From positions 1-58,214 of the forward strand of contig JBFXGX010000010.1 of NCBI GenBank assembly GCA_050177605.1: a DNA stretch of 58,214 nucleotides. Direction: 5' to 3'. Positions 10,860 through 21,064 of the stretch are shown here, piece by piece (the stretch's first letter is position 1; every line of letters starts with the position of its first letter). The position numbers and the translations under genes were made by a program. Source of the DNA: Candidatus Izemoplasmatales bacterium. GTDB taxonomy: Bacteria; Bacillota_I; Bacilli_A; Izemoplasmatales; Hujiaoplasmataceae. The notes beneath the pieces are model-generated. The model saw only the letters and a list, made by a program, of their open reading frames with translations. It searched no databases and was not told where the DNA came from.

Positions 10860-11571
10860 ATGCACTTAAATAAGCTTCGATGACTTTTGGATCATTAAGA
10901 AGTTTTTCTGAAGGACCTTCCGCAATAATCTTTCCTGTTTCCAGTACATAACCATAATTAGAGATATGTAAAGCTCGATTTGCATTTTGTTCTACTAGTA
11001 AAATCGTTGTTCCTGACTTATTGATTTCTTCAATAATATGGAAAATCTCATCTACTAACAAAGGTGCAAGTCCCATGGATGGTTCATCGAGCAACATGAT
11101 CTTAGGGCGACTCATTAATGCTCTACCCATAGCAAGCATTTGTTGTTCTCCACCTGAGAGAGTCCCTGCCAATTGATTTTTTCTTTCAAGAAGTCTTGGA
11201 AAATGTTTAAAGACTTTTTGCAAGTCCTCTTCTATACCATCTTTATCCTTGCGAATATAGGCACCCATTTGTAAGTTTTCATAAACTGTCAACTCAGGAA
11301 AAACTCGTCTTCCCTCAGGAACATGAGATATTCCTTTTTCAACGATTTTGTGGGCTTCTAATTTCACAGTGGACTCACCAAGAAAAGTAATTGATCCTTC
11401 TGTAACATCAAGTAGATTCGAAATAGTTTTTAGGATGGTTGACTTCCCCGCGCCATTTGATCCGATCAGCGAAACAATCGTTCCTTGTTTGACATCAAAG
11501 GTAACACCCTTTATCGCATGAATAGCACCATAATATACATGTAAATTTTCAACTTTTAACATACTATTCAC
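10858..11571 (-). CDS. livF: Branched-chain amino acid ABC transporter ATPase
   Basis: GSNGAGKS, LSGGEQQMLAMGRALM, LDEPSMGLAP. Confidence 0.9.
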   Translation of the reverse strand: MNSMLKVENLHVYYGAIHAIKGVTFDVKQGTIVSLIGSNGAGKSTILKTISNLLDVTEGSITFLGESTVKLEAHKIVEKGISHVPEGRRVFPELTVYENLQMGAYIRKDKDGIEEDLQKVFKHFPRLLERKNQLAGTLSGGEQQMLAMGRALMSRPKIMLLDEPSMGLAPLLVDEIFHIIEEINKSGTTILLVEQNANRALHISNYGYVLETGKIIAEGPSEKLLNDPKVIEAYLSA

Positions 11572-12322
11572 CTAAATAAGCCTTAATGACTGCTGGATTC
11601 TTCCGAATTTCTTCTGGTTTCCCCGTTGCGATTATTTTGCCGTAGTCAACAACGACAATTCGTTCACAGATTCCCATAACTAATTTCATATCATGCTCAA
11701 TGAGCAAGATTGAAACATTAAACTTCTCTTTGATTAATTTGATTGTTTTCATTAGTTCTTCAGTTTCAGTAGGATTCATTCCTGCAGCTGGTTCATCCAG
11801 TAACAAAAGTTGAGGATTGGTAGCCAAAGCTCTAGCTATTTCTAATTTTCTTTGTTTACCGTATGGAAGATTTTTCGCTAAATCCTCTTTATACTCTTCC
11901 ATTCCAAATACTTTTAATAGATCTAGCGCTACATTCGTTGCTTCTTCTTCCTCTTTTTTGTATTTTTTACTTTTGATGATTCCATCCACAAAATGATAAG
12001 TCATTCGATTATGATACGCAACTAAAATATTATCTAAGACTGTCATGTTTTTAAATAATCGAATATTCTGAAATGTTCTTGAACTACCAAGCATTACAAT
12101 TTGATTTGGTTTTAACGTATGCGTTGGTTTCCCATTCAGCGTAATACTTCCTTGAGTAGGTTTATATACTCCAGTAAGTAAGTTAAAAATGGTTGTCTTT
12201 CCTGCACCATTCGGTCCAATTAAACCGACAAGCTCATTTTCATGTATCGTAATTTGAAAGGAATCCACAGCTTTCAGTCCGCCGAACATAATCGTTAGAT
12301 CATTGACTTCAAGTATTGCCAT
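11564..12322 (-). CDS. livG: Branched-chain amino acid ABC transporter ATPase
   Basis: GPNGAGKTT, RTFQNIRLF, LPYGKQRKLEIARALA. Confidence 0.9.
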   Translation of the reverse strand: MAILEVNDLTIMFGGLKAVDSFQITIHENELVGLIGPNGAGKTTIFNLLTGVYKPTQGSITLNGKPTHTLKPNQIVMLGSSRTFQNIRLFKNMTVLDNILVAYHNRMTYHFVDGIIKSKKYKKEEEEATNVALDLLKVFGMEEYKEDLAKNLPYGKQRKLEIARALATNPQLLLLDEPAAGMNPTETEELMKTIKLIKEKFNVSILLIEHDMKLVMGICERIVVVDYGKIIATGKPEEIRKNPAVIKAYLGE

Positions 12323-13370
12323 GTTCATCACTCCTTTTCAAACTTTTCTTTTTGAAGAAGTTCTTAATTTTTAAATAATTAGATTTGAGTCCTGAATAAG
12401 TGACTGAAAATTCCTTTGTTCCCATTAATCCTTGTTGGCGGAATAACATCGTCAAGATTAATAATGTAGAATAAACTAGTAAACGATATGTCGCAAATTC
12501 ACGTAGTGCTTCTGGCAAGAAGGTAAGTACGATTGCTGCGATAATCGAACCAGATAAACTTCCCATCCCTCCAAGAACAACAATAACGAAAATGTTGATT
12601 GATTGGACGAAATTGAATGCAGTAGGTGCTAAGAATCCAATTTGAAATGCATAAATTGCTCCACCTACGCCACCAAACATTGATGACATTACAAAACCAA
12701 TGATTTTATATTTGGTGATATTAATCCCAACACTTTCAGCTGCGATTTCATCTTCACGAATCGATAACATTGCACGGCCATGTCTTGAATTCATAAAAAG
12801 TGCAATCATCGCTACAATAAAAATCATTGTGAAATATGCTAACGGGAAACTCATGATTCTAGGGATACCAGTTAATCCTTGGGCTCCGTTTGTAATCTCT
12901 AAATTGGTTAAAATTACCTTTACGATTTCTCCAAAGCCAAGGGTCATAATTCCTAAATAGTCACCTCGAAGTCTTAATGCAGGCGTCCCAACGATAATTC
13001 CTGCCAAAGCAGCAACGATCATTGCGACAATCGCCGAGATGAAAAATAGTAAAAGCGGACTGCCAATATAAGGCGCTAATGCCAGTGCGGTGAGTGCAGC
13101 ACTATAAGCTCCAAGTGCCATAAATCCAGCATGTCCAAGAACTAATTGACCTAAGAAACCTGTGGTAATATTGAGACTTGTAGCCATAATGATATACACC
13201 ATGACCATCACTAAAATTGTAGAGTAATATCTTGATAAGATTCCTTGGTTAATCAATGTGTTCAAAATTAAGAAGATTGCTAAAACAAAAACAATCATTG
13301 GTAAGGTTTTATCAAGTGCTACTTTACTAAATTGGAGAAAAGGTTTTTTTGTTTTCAATTTATCCATCAT
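12309..13370 (-). CDS. livM: Branched-chain amino acid ABC transporter permease
   Basis: GQLVLGHAGF, LRLRGDYL, IREDEIAA. Confidence 0.9.
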   Translation of the reverse strand: MMDKLKTKKPFLQFSKVALDKTLPMIVFVLAIFLILNTLINQGILSRYYSTILVMVMVYIIMATSLNITTGFLGQLVLGHAGFMALGAYSAALTALALAPYIGSPLLLFFISAIVAMIVAALAGIIVGTPALRLRGDYLGIMTLGFGEIVKVILTNLEITNGAQGLTGIPRIMSFPLAYFTMIFIVAMIALFMNSRHGRAMLSIREDEIAAESVGINITKYKIIGFVMSSMFGGVGGAIYAFQIGFLAPTAFNFVQSINIFVIVVLGGMGSLSGSIIAAIVLTFLPEALREFATYRLLVYSTLLILTMLFRQQGLMGTKEFSVTYSGLKSNYLKIKNFFKKKSLKRSDEHGNT

Positions 13371-14254
13371 TACACCTTCTCTTTCGTGTTCTTACCTAAT
13401 ATTCCTGAAGGTTTGAACAACAACACAAATATTAATAGTGAGAATACAATTGCATCTACCCAACGGGTTGAAATATAACCATTGGTAAAGGTTTCAATGA
13501 AACCAATGATATATCCCCCAAGCATCGCACCGAAAATATTTCCGATTCCACCAAGCACAGCGGCAACGAACGCTTTTAAACCTGGCATTACACCCAGTGT
13601 TGGATAAACCTGTGAATACGCAACACTATAGAAAATACCACCCAAAGCTCCTAGAGCACTACCTATAGCGAATGTAAGTGAGATGATACTATTGACATTA
13701 ATTCCCATTAATTTTGCGGCATCCTGATCTTGTGATACAGCACGCATCGCCTTCCCTAATTTCGTTTTCTTGACGAATAATGTTAACAGTATCATAAAAC
13801 CTACTGAAATACCGATGGTCACAAGTGTTAATAAAGGCACTCCGAGCCCAAATATATTCACTTGATCTTTTGAAATTAAATGAGGCATGACTTTTGGTTC
13901 TGCCTTAAATACTAATAATGCCAAGTTTTGTAAAAACAAACTCATACCAATCGCAGTAATTAATGCAGAAATTCGAGGTGCTTTTCGTAGTTTACGATAA
14001 GCGATTCTTTCGATTAAGAATCCCATAAATCCAGCAAGAGCCATCGACAGTATGATGATAAATACAACAGGAATATCGAAAGGAAATGCCGTTGCAAATA
14101 TAAAAGCAAAATAGGCGCCAAACATCATAATGTCGCCATGTGCAAAATTGATTAATTTGATGATTCCATAAACCATTGTGTATCCAATCGCGACGAGCGC
14201 ATAGATACTTCCTGTGTTAAGTGCATTAATCACTTGTTGTAAAAATTCATTCAT
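13370..14254 (-). CDS. livH: Branched-chain amino acid ABC transporter permease
   Basis: YALVAIGYTMVYGIIKLINFAHG, GKAMRAVSQD. Confidence 0.9.
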   Translation of the reverse strand: MNEFLQQVINALNTGSIYALVAIGYTMVYGIIKLINFAHGDIMMFGAYFAFIFATAFPFDIPVVFIIILSMALAGFMGFLIERIAYRKLRKAPRISALITAIGMSLFLQNLALLVFKAEPKVMPHLISKDQVNIFGLGVPLLTLVTIGISVGFMILLTLFVKKTKLGKAMRAVSQDQDAAKLMGINVNSIISLTFAIGSALGALGGIFYSVAYSQVYPTLGVMPGLKAFVAAVLGGIGNIFGAMLGGYIIGFIETFTNGYISTRWVDAIVFSLLIFVLLFKPSGILGKNTKEKV

Positions 14255-14276
14255 ATAAACACCCCTAGTAATGAAT

Positions 14277-14302
14277 GAATAGGGGAGGAAACTCCCCTAT
14301 TC
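14277..14302 (-). terminator. Hairpin after the binding-protein gene
   Basis: gaataggggag-gaaa-ctcccctattc. Confidence 0.7.
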
Positions 14303-14325
14303 TTTTATACTTTATTTTAGTAAAA

Positions 14326-15456
14326 TTATTCTCCTTGTACTTTAGCAACGACTACATGTTCACCGTTGACAACTTGGATAATAGCAATCGCTTTAACTGG
14401 ATCACCATTCTCATCAAACTTAATCGCACCAGTAACAGCATTATCATATTGTAATGCAGCTAAAGCATCAACGACATCTGCATAATCTGTTGAACCAGCA
14501 TCTTCAATTGCAGCAACCATTGCATAAACTGCATCATAACCTAGAGCAGCAAGTGCATTTGGTGATTCATTGTATGTAGCTTCATAGTTCGTTACGAAGG
14601 CTTGAACATTTTCAGCAGGGTCAGTTTTTGCATAATGGTTTCCGAAATAGTTACCTTCAGCTACATCAGCATAATCAGCTTCAATTCCATCCCAACCATC
14701 TCCACCTAAGAATACAGTGTCTCCAAAATCCATTGCATCAGCTTGTGTAAGGATTGCTCCTACTTCAGCAACATATGCAGGAACGAATACAACATCGTAA
14801 GCACCAGCTTTAATGGATGTTAAAGCAGCGCTATAATCATCTGTCCCAGCTGTAAATGTAAACATATCAACTGAGTAACCAGCTCCAGCAGCAGTATATG
14901 CATCTTGGAAAGCTGTTGCTAATCCTTCAGAATAAGCATCATCGATGTTATAGAATACGGCAGCTTTTGTCGCTTCTAAAGTTCCCATTGCAAAAGTAGC
15001 CATTGTTGTTCCTTGATAAGAGTCTGTATAACAAGCTCTAAAGATATTAGGAGCATCTAAAGTTACAAGTGGATTTGTTGCTGTAGGTGTTAATACAGGA
15101 ACACCATCCGCAATTGCTAAATCTTTAAATGCCAATGTAACACCACTAAATGTTCCACCAACAATCGCATCGACTTCATCTTCTTGAACTAAACGGTTGT
15201 AGGCATTTACGCCTTCAACTGTATCTCCTTTACTATCGTATGCAATAATCTCTAAATCTTTTCCTAAAACGCCTCCAGCAGCGTTGATTTCATCAGCAGC
15301 AAGCTGAGCACCATTAGCAACTGCTAGTCCATACATTGAATAATCTCCGGTGAGCGGTCCAATAACCCCAATTTTTACTGTATCTCCTTGAGCATTACAA
15401 GCACTTAACGTTACACCAAAGGCTAAAACTAATAATAATAAAGCTATTTTTTTCAT
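14326..15456 (-). CDS. Branched-chain amino acid ABC transporter binding lipoprotein (LivK/LivJ family)
   Basis: Lipobox LSAC; VKIGVIGPLTG; operon context. Confidence 0.88.
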   Translation of the reverse strand: MKKIALLLLVLAFGVTLSACNAQGDTVKIGVIGPLTGDYSMYGLAVANGAQLAADEINAAGGVLGKDLEIIAYDSKGDTVEGVNAYNRLVQEDEVDAIVGGTFSGVTLAFKDLAIADGVPVLTPTATNPLVTLDAPNIFRACYTDSYQGTTMATFAMGTLEATKAAVFYNIDDAYSEGLATAFQDAYTAAGAGYSVDMFTFTAGTDDYSAALTSIKAGAYDVVFVPAYVAEVGAILTQADAMDFGDTVFLGGDGWDGIEADYADVAEGNYFGNHYAKTDPAENVQAFVTNYEATYNESPNALAALGYDAVYAMVAAIEDAGSTDYADVVDALAALQYDNAVTGAIKFDENGDPVKAIAIIQVVNGEHVVVAKVQGE

Positions 15457-15709
15457 TGTTTTCTCTCCTTTGTTTAAATATTGTGAAGTATATTACTACA
15501 CTCATTAAGGTATTGCAAGTACCTATTTAAAAAAAAATATTACATATTCGTAATGAAAATGTTTTCATTGAATAAATATGAATTTATATGATAATTTATT
15601 TTCATTTTGTTATTCATTATCGGCGATAGGTAGCGACGAGTATTCATAACATTTTTTTGAAAATTGTTGAAATTACGGCGATTTGTGATATAATTTCGAT
15701 TTATATGAG

Positions 15710-16306
15710 GTGAGAATGTTGAGTATTTCGATTTGGATTGCGTTTATTTCATATGCGGTTGCGACCGCATATACACCTGGGCCAAACAATATTTTGTCGC
15801 TCAATACCACGACAACATATGGTTTTAGGAAGTCAAACCCTCTTCGGATGGGAATTGGAGTCGGATTCACCCTCTTAATATTTTTTACCAGTATAATCAC
15901 TTTCTTCTTTGGAGCGTATGCACCAATGGTTGTTACTTATCTAAAGTATATCGGAGCGCTCTATATCTTCTATCTATCCTATAAAGTAATGACTGCGAAA
16001 CCGATTGAAAGTAGTGATACAAAGATTCCAGCGTTTTGGACAGGTTTTGTTTTACAATTTATGAATGTGAAGGTGATTCTATATGGTTTCACTGCTGTCT
16101 CTACCTTCTTTTTACCAAACTATTCACGCCTACAAGACTTACTTTGGTTTTATCTCATATTGGTCGTCAACTCTTTGATTGCCATTTGGGTTTGGGGAAT
16201 TTTAGGTTATGCCCTGAAAAACTTTATTAACAAATATTACAAAATTTTCAATATTGTTATGGCGCTTGTGCTTCTAGAATCTGCAATATCAATTTTATTA
16301 CAATAA
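15710..16306 (+). CDS. LysE/RhtB family exporter
   Basis: TPGPNN, LKYIGALY and GFVLQFMNVK motifs. Confidence 0.85.
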   Translation: MRMLSISIWIAFISYAVATAYTPGPNNILSLNTTTTYGFRKSNPLRMGIGVGFTLLIFFTSIITFFFGAYAPMVVTYLKYIGALYIFYLSYKVMTAKPIESSDTKIPAFWTGFVLQFMNVKVILYGFTAVSTFFLPNYSRLQDLLWFYLILVVNSLIAIWVWGILGYALKNFINKYYKIFNIVMALVLLESAISILLQ

Positions 16307-16334
16307 AAAAGGGATCTTCAGACGATCCCTTTTT
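16306..16334. terminator. Bidirectional terminator
   Basis: aaaaagggatc-ttcagac-gatcccttttt. Confidence 0.75.
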
Positions 16335-17057
16335 TTATGCTTTCAGTTTATTTTTAGTGAAGAAATAAATAGGAAGAAACCAAATGATTTCTACAAGGAT
16401 TGATAACGAAACAATTCCAAGTAGATATATTCCATAACCGTATCCTTCAAATATTTCAAACGGTGTCCCTGCCGAATTGATTAGAAATAAGAAATTTGCG
16501 TTCGTAAAGTAATCGATTGGTAAGACAATACAGAACACTAGTAGGATTAAATAAATAATACTCTTTTTAAATGATTTAAAGGTAGGGTAATACTGATGAA
16601 CAAATACCATATACATAAACATGATGAAAAAGTTCATATGACTAAATAAGAATTGATAAAATCTGAAGCGATCTGGGCCATAAGGTATATCTGGAAAAAG
16701 GATGCTTGCAACCGCTCCTATCGCCCAGAAATATCCAATTTCAAAAGCACTGTATGATTTAGTGAACATTACATAGATGCCAAGAACTAAACTAATGAAA
16801 CAAAGTGCTAAAGGAAAACTATCTTGATACGTCCATATTCCATTGAATATCTGCCATAGATGTAGAGACAGTTCAAAAAAGATACCGATAAAAGCGAGTG
16901 TATATCGAAAGGCTTTTTCATGTTTTGATAACCTAATTCGAAGACGAAATTGATAGACTAAGAAAATGGCTAAAAAAGTTATAAATAAAATAATGATATG
17001 GTAAACACCAAAAGGTTCAAAAGTTATTCCGACTGTAGAACTAAAAAAGTCTTTCAT
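16335..17057 (-). CDS. YwaF/TIGR02206 (TMEM164-like) membrane protein
   Basis: FPLALC, FRFYQFLFSH and ANFLF motifs; paralog of 1877-2635. Confidence 0.75.
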   Translation of the reverse strand: MKDFFSSTVGITFEPFGVYHIIILFITFLAIFLVYQFRLRIRLSKHEKAFRYTLAFIGIFFELSLHLWQIFNGIWTYQDSFPLALCFISLVLGIYVMFTKSYSAFEIGYFWAIGAVASILFPDIPYGPDRFRFYQFLFSHMNFFIMFMYMVFVHQYYPTFKSFKKSIIYLILLVFCIVLPIDYFTNANFLFLINSAGTPFEIFEGYGYGIYLLGIVSLSILVEIIWFLPIYFFTKNKLKA

Positions 17058-17065
17058 AAACCCTC

Positions 17066-18337
17066 CTAGTTGTAGATTGTTTCCACTACTCTTGTGTATT
17101 CTCGTAAAGCAAAGGTTCCATCGTGTGTTTCGCCAACATAAACTCTGGACATATCTTTCGCTTTCGTTATACGGATCAGACCTGCATCAATTAATATTGA
17201 AGATAGCTCATTGATTTCTGTAGGAGAAGTGAGAAGTCCAACTGTCTGTAAGTGATTTCGGTGTGATTTAAGTTGTGAAATAATCTGATCTCTTTTTAGC
17301 GGTTTGATCCATACGTTTCTAAAAAGAAGTGATAATTCTAGTTCATGATCTTCGCTGATAATCACAGACACACCTTCTTCATAATAAATCGTTTTATTTG
17401 AGGCATGCTTTTCAAGCATCTCATTATAAATCATCAAAGCATTTTTACTTCGCATACCCAGTGAAACTGGAGAGTGAAGATGATTCTCTTCTTTCAATAT
17501 ATCAAAGAATCGACGTCCTATCTTCTCAAGTTCTTCCCTACTTGATGTATCTACAAAGATCCCTTGACAGGAAGAACAGAGTAATTGGTTCGTTGTGCAG
17601 ATATGTTTCGCTAAATCTATTAAATCATCATCAGTGACATCAACTGTGGCATACGCAAATGATAGTTTATGTCCCCAAGCAATGATTTTCGTATTAATTG
17701 GAGCTAGTTTCCTTGCACCTTCGACAGCGAGGTCTCCTCCCCATACCACAATTCCGTCTGCGATTTGCGCAAATTTTTCCAGGGTATGAATTTCTGTCGA
17801 TGGAACATCGAAAACATAGATATATTCTTTTAACATTGGTTCAATCATAATAAGTTCACTTAATAACTTGATTGATAATCCATTATCACCCGTGGGTAAT
17901 TTAAGAATATTAATATTTCCCGCTAGAAGTCCTTCAACAATACTATAGGCAGGGAGCAAATCAACATTCCCAGCAGCAATATGAAACAATATTCCCAGTG
18001 GCACAATTCGTTGCAGACTATCTTCTAGATGAACATCCTCCATATATTGTTTTCCAAGTTCTACTTCGACCTTTCTAATTAAGGCTTCTATCTCAAACAT
18101 AGCAATATATTGTTCAAACTGTGGATAGGTGATATCTAGGTCTTCAAGTAGAGGAAGAATGATTTGATCAAACTCTTTATTTCTCACTTTTTTTGCTAGT
18201 TTATCACAAGCATAGATTACTTTCAAAGGGGTCAGTTTTTTTGTTGTAGATAACGTCTTTTTACAGTCATCATAAAGGGAATCAATGAGTAGGTTTTGCT
18301 CGATGTTTCCATAGATTACACCTTGATATAAAATCAT
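17066..18337 (-). CDS. LuxC-family acyl-CoA/acyl-protein reductase
   Basis: PLGILFHIAAGN, NILKLP, WGGD, QLLCSSCQ; ATG 18337 overlaps the LuxE stop (ATGA). Confidence 0.85.
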   Translation of the reverse strand: MILYQGVIYGNIEQNLLIDSLYDDCKKTLSTTKKLTPLKVIYACDKLAKKVRNKEFDQIILPLLEDLDITYPQFEQYIAMFEIEALIRKVEVELGKQYMEDVHLEDSLQRIVPLGILFHIAAGNVDLLPAYSIVEGLLAGNINILKLPTGDNGLSIKLLSELIMIEPMLKEYIYVFDVPSTEIHTLEKFAQIADGIVVWGGDLAVEGARKLAPINTKIIAWGHKLSFAYATVDVTDDDLIDLAKHICTTNQLLCSSCQGIFVDTSSREELEKIGRRFFDILKEENHLHSPVSLGMRSKNALMIYNEMLEKHASNKTIYYEEGVSVIISEDHELELSLLFRNVWIKPLKRDQIISQLKSHRNHLQTVGLLTSPTEINELSSILIDAGLIRITKAKDMSRVYVGETHDGTFALREYTRVVETIYN

Positions 18338-19461
18338 TTTTCTGTTTCCCCCTTCAAGAGTTCCTCGGCTCCAGCGGCACAAGTAACGATATCTTTTATT
18401 CCTACTCTGCCGATAATTTCCAACCATGGGGAAGCGAGACCACATTTGCATGGTTCATCATGTAAAATACATAAATCATCGGTCATCACCGAAGTAAGCG
18501 GTGTAGCGTCCACCATTGGTGTTACCAAGTTTAACAGACCTACGCTGCCGTTGGGCAGTACTTCAAAAGTATCTGGATCTCTAACAAAGACGCGAGAATA
18601 GATTGGCACATGAAAGTGATGTTCTTTGCAATCGACATAAAGAATCGGATGTTCAACAGCGCCAAAAAATTCAACAACATGATGATCATCGACCCCAAGA
18701 ACTTCCTTGACCAAAGCGTAGAAGCTTGTTTTATCGACTTTTTCAGCGTAAAACTGTTTCCAACCGCCTCCAATGGTTACGAGTGACCCTTTTGGAAGGT
18801 GGAGCCTAATCCCTTCTTCTTTCATCTCTTTTAATAAAAAATAGGTATAGGCGGGAAATCCTAAGGTTCGAACAGGTGTTTTGCCTTTGGAAGATTGGAT
18901 AAGTGTTTGTTTGATATTTTCGAGGTCTAGCCGGTATCCATTTTCGGTATATTTTAATGCATATGTTCTCTTTCTCGCAGGTGCCATTAAGGTGAACCCG
19001 TAAGCAGTTTTGGTAATCCCCATTTTATTATGCTTTGAAGGTTGATACCCAAAGATTACATAATTTGTAGGTTTTATACTCCATAAATGATGATATTTCC
19101 CAAGTCTGATCATCATCCAAAGTCCACGCCATAACGACTTGATGTCCATACCAATATGACTTTGAATGCCCGAGGATGTACCAGAAGAGGTCGCTCGAAT
19201 CAACATTTTCTTATTAGGTAATGAGTACATTTCATGATGCTTATAATATATCGTTGGAATAAACGGTATTTTTTTTACATCCTCCGTCGTTTCGATATTG
19301 TACACTGAATAGTGTGCCTCATCGTAAATACGTTTGATTTCTTCATTGTGTTCATAATGAAAAATAGCGTTTAGTTTTACTGCTCTCACAAACAGTTTTT
19401 CTGTTTTGTGAATATCGTAAGGATTTTTTTTTAGAAAAAGTTGATTGATGAATTTTTTCAA
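18334..19461 (-). CDS. LuxE-family acyl-protein synthetase
   Basis: TSSGTS, GFPA, GGGWK, FFGAVE, IIGR...TCA. Confidence 0.85.
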   Translation of the reverse strand: MKKFINQLFLKKNPYDIHKTEKLFVRAVKLNAIFHYEHNEEIKRIYDEAHYSVYNIETTEDVKKIPFIPTIYYKHHEMYSLPNKKMLIRATSSGTSSGIQSHIGMDIKSLWRGLWMMIRLGKYHHLWSIKPTNYVIFGYQPSKHNKMGITKTAYGFTLMAPARKRTYALKYTENGYRLDLENIKQTLIQSSKGKTPVRTLGFPAYTYFLLKEMKEEGIRLHLPKGSLVTIGGGWKQFYAEKVDKTSFYALVKEVLGVDDHHVVEFFGAVEHPILYVDCKEHHFHVPIYSRVFVRDPDTFEVLPNGSVGLLNLVTPMVDATPLTSVMTDDLCILHDEPCKCGLASPWLEIIGRVGIKDIVTCAAGAEELLKGETEK

Positions 19462-19556
19462 GATTTATCACCCCATCAATCTTAATCTTATCACACTAGT
19501 TAACATAAAAAAAGATACCCATCAAAAAAATAAAAAAAAGAACCTTCAGGTTCTCC

Positions 19557-19928
19557 TTAAACTCTCCAAAATGAAGTCATTTCTTCCTTATCCTTCATGT
19601 TCTTGTCAATCATTTCTTTTAGCAGTTCATAATGAACATTTTCCTTCCAAATAATCTGAAAAAGATTATTCGTGTGTTTATAGCCAGCCCCCTCTATTTT
19701 ATCTAAAAAGAAATCTTGTGTTGGCTTTTCTAGTGAAATTGACATGTAGTTTTTAGCACAACTAAATCCGATGATAAACGTTCCGTGATGTAGGAACATC
19801 GGCTGGTTCCATTTGATTACTGACTCAAGTTCGGGATATTCATCACGGATAAATCCGAGTACTTCTTCGAAACGGTTACGAATATTTTGATTTGGTAACT
19901 GATCTAAAAATAGTTGAAATGCTTTCAC
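19557..19928 (-). CDS. DUF1801/YdhG-like protein
   Basis: IKWNQPMFLHHGTFIIGFS. Confidence 0.8.
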   Translation of the reverse strand: MKAFQLFLDQLPNQNIRNRFEEVLGFIRDEYPELESVIKWNQPMFLHHGTFIIGFSCAKNYMSISLEKPTQDFFLDKIEGAGYKHTNNLFQIIWKENVHYELLKEMIDKNMKDKEEMTSFWRV

Positions 19929-20079
19929 CTAATCACCTCAATTACATTATACCTTTTTAGGTATGAAAAGATAAATTGAAATGCTCATGAGAACATTTCT
20001 TTCCATATTCTTTTTTGTATTTAGAGGTCTTTCAAGTAATCTTTATAAAAGAAAAAAAGTCCTTGATTGACTTTTTTCA

Positions 20080-20520
20080 CTAAAGAAAGGTATAAACTAT
20101 TCCTAGCACTATCGCATAGAATGATGCGTAAAGATAGAACCATGGTTTTTTAAGGAAATAGACGATACTTTTCGATAAACCAATCAAAATGAAATCGGCC
20201 AAAATAAGCAAGACTGAATGTTCATACAACATCATCATCATTGAAATTGAAACCATTGAAACTGGTGCGATAAGCAAAGTAGATTTGACAATTTCACTGA
20301 GTTTGAGCCTGATGACAAATAGATAAGCTATCACTAGAATTAAAGAACCTCCAAACCGTAATAATCCTACAGGGACATTCATCGGATTTGATTCATAATA
20401 TGCATACTCAACGAGAAAATAAATGGCTTGATACATCATCAAAGATAAATTAAAAAGAAAAAGACCACCAACAGTAATAGCGAAGATTTGAAGGAGTTCT
20501 TTTTTCAGTGTTCTCTTCAT
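20080..20520 (-). CDS. Hypothetical membrane protein
   Basis: Hydrophobic ORF; likely start MKRTLKK after RBS aaggtg. Confidence 0.55.
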   Translation of the reverse strand: MKRTLKKELLQIFAITVGGLFLFNLSLMMYQAIYFLVEYAYYESNPMNVPVGLLRFGGSLILVIAYLFVIRLKLSEIVKSTLLIAPVSMVSISMMMMLYEHSVLLILADFILIGLSKSIVYFLKKPWFYLYASFYAIVLGIVYTFL

Positions 20521-20524
20521 TACA

Positions 20525-21064
20525 TCACACCTTCTTCGATTGATTGAACTGATATTCACTCGCAAGCATTGCATAAAACACTTCGCTCCACCACTCATCT
20601 AGTCGTGCAACATAAATGCAGTCTTTAAATAGACCTTCCTGTCTCAAACCGATTTTTTGGCAGACTCGATTAGACGGAATATTTTCGGGTTGACATGTCG
20701 CAACTACACGATGAGCTGATTTATTGATAAATGCATCCTTTAAGACTTCTAATGCAAGTTCAGTAATAATTCCCTTATTATGATATTCCTCTCTTAATAC
20801 CCAACCGATTTCATAGGTGTCCACCATAAACCAGGGATGATATACAAAATGGCCAATGATTTGGTTCGTTTCTTTTAGGATAATTGGATAAATATTCTCC
20901 TTTTTTTCTAGGAGAGCTTTGATTCCGTCAGAATCAAGCGCACCATGATCAAAAAAACACATCGTTTTAGGATTCGATAAGTATTGACTCATTTCAAATT
21001 CATCTGATGTTTGTATTTCACGTAAATAGACCCTCTTTGATTCGATGTTCATCGTTTTCCTCAA
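20525..21064 (-). CDS. GNAT acetyltransferase (RimJ/RimL type)
   Basis: EIGW, NKGIITE, ENIPSNRVCQKIG. Confidence 0.85.
   Translation of the reverse strand: MRKTMNIESKRVYLREIQTSDEFEMSQYLSNPKTMCFFDHGALDSDGIKALLEKKENIYPIILKETNQIIGHFVYHPWFMVDTYEIGWVLREEYHNKGIITELALEVLKDAFINKSAHRVVATCQPENIPSNRVCQKIGLRQEGLFKDCIYVARLDEWWSEVFYAMLASEYQFNQSKKV

Noticed and set aside
15651..15665. CodY-like box upstream of the liv operon
   Set aside because: A two-mismatch hit in very AT-rich DNA, with no evidence that the host has CodY.
17066..19461. Bioluminescence operon, or a light link to heliorhodopsin
   Set aside because: No luxA, luxB or luxD in the window; luxC/luxE homologs are widespread in non-luminous bacteria.
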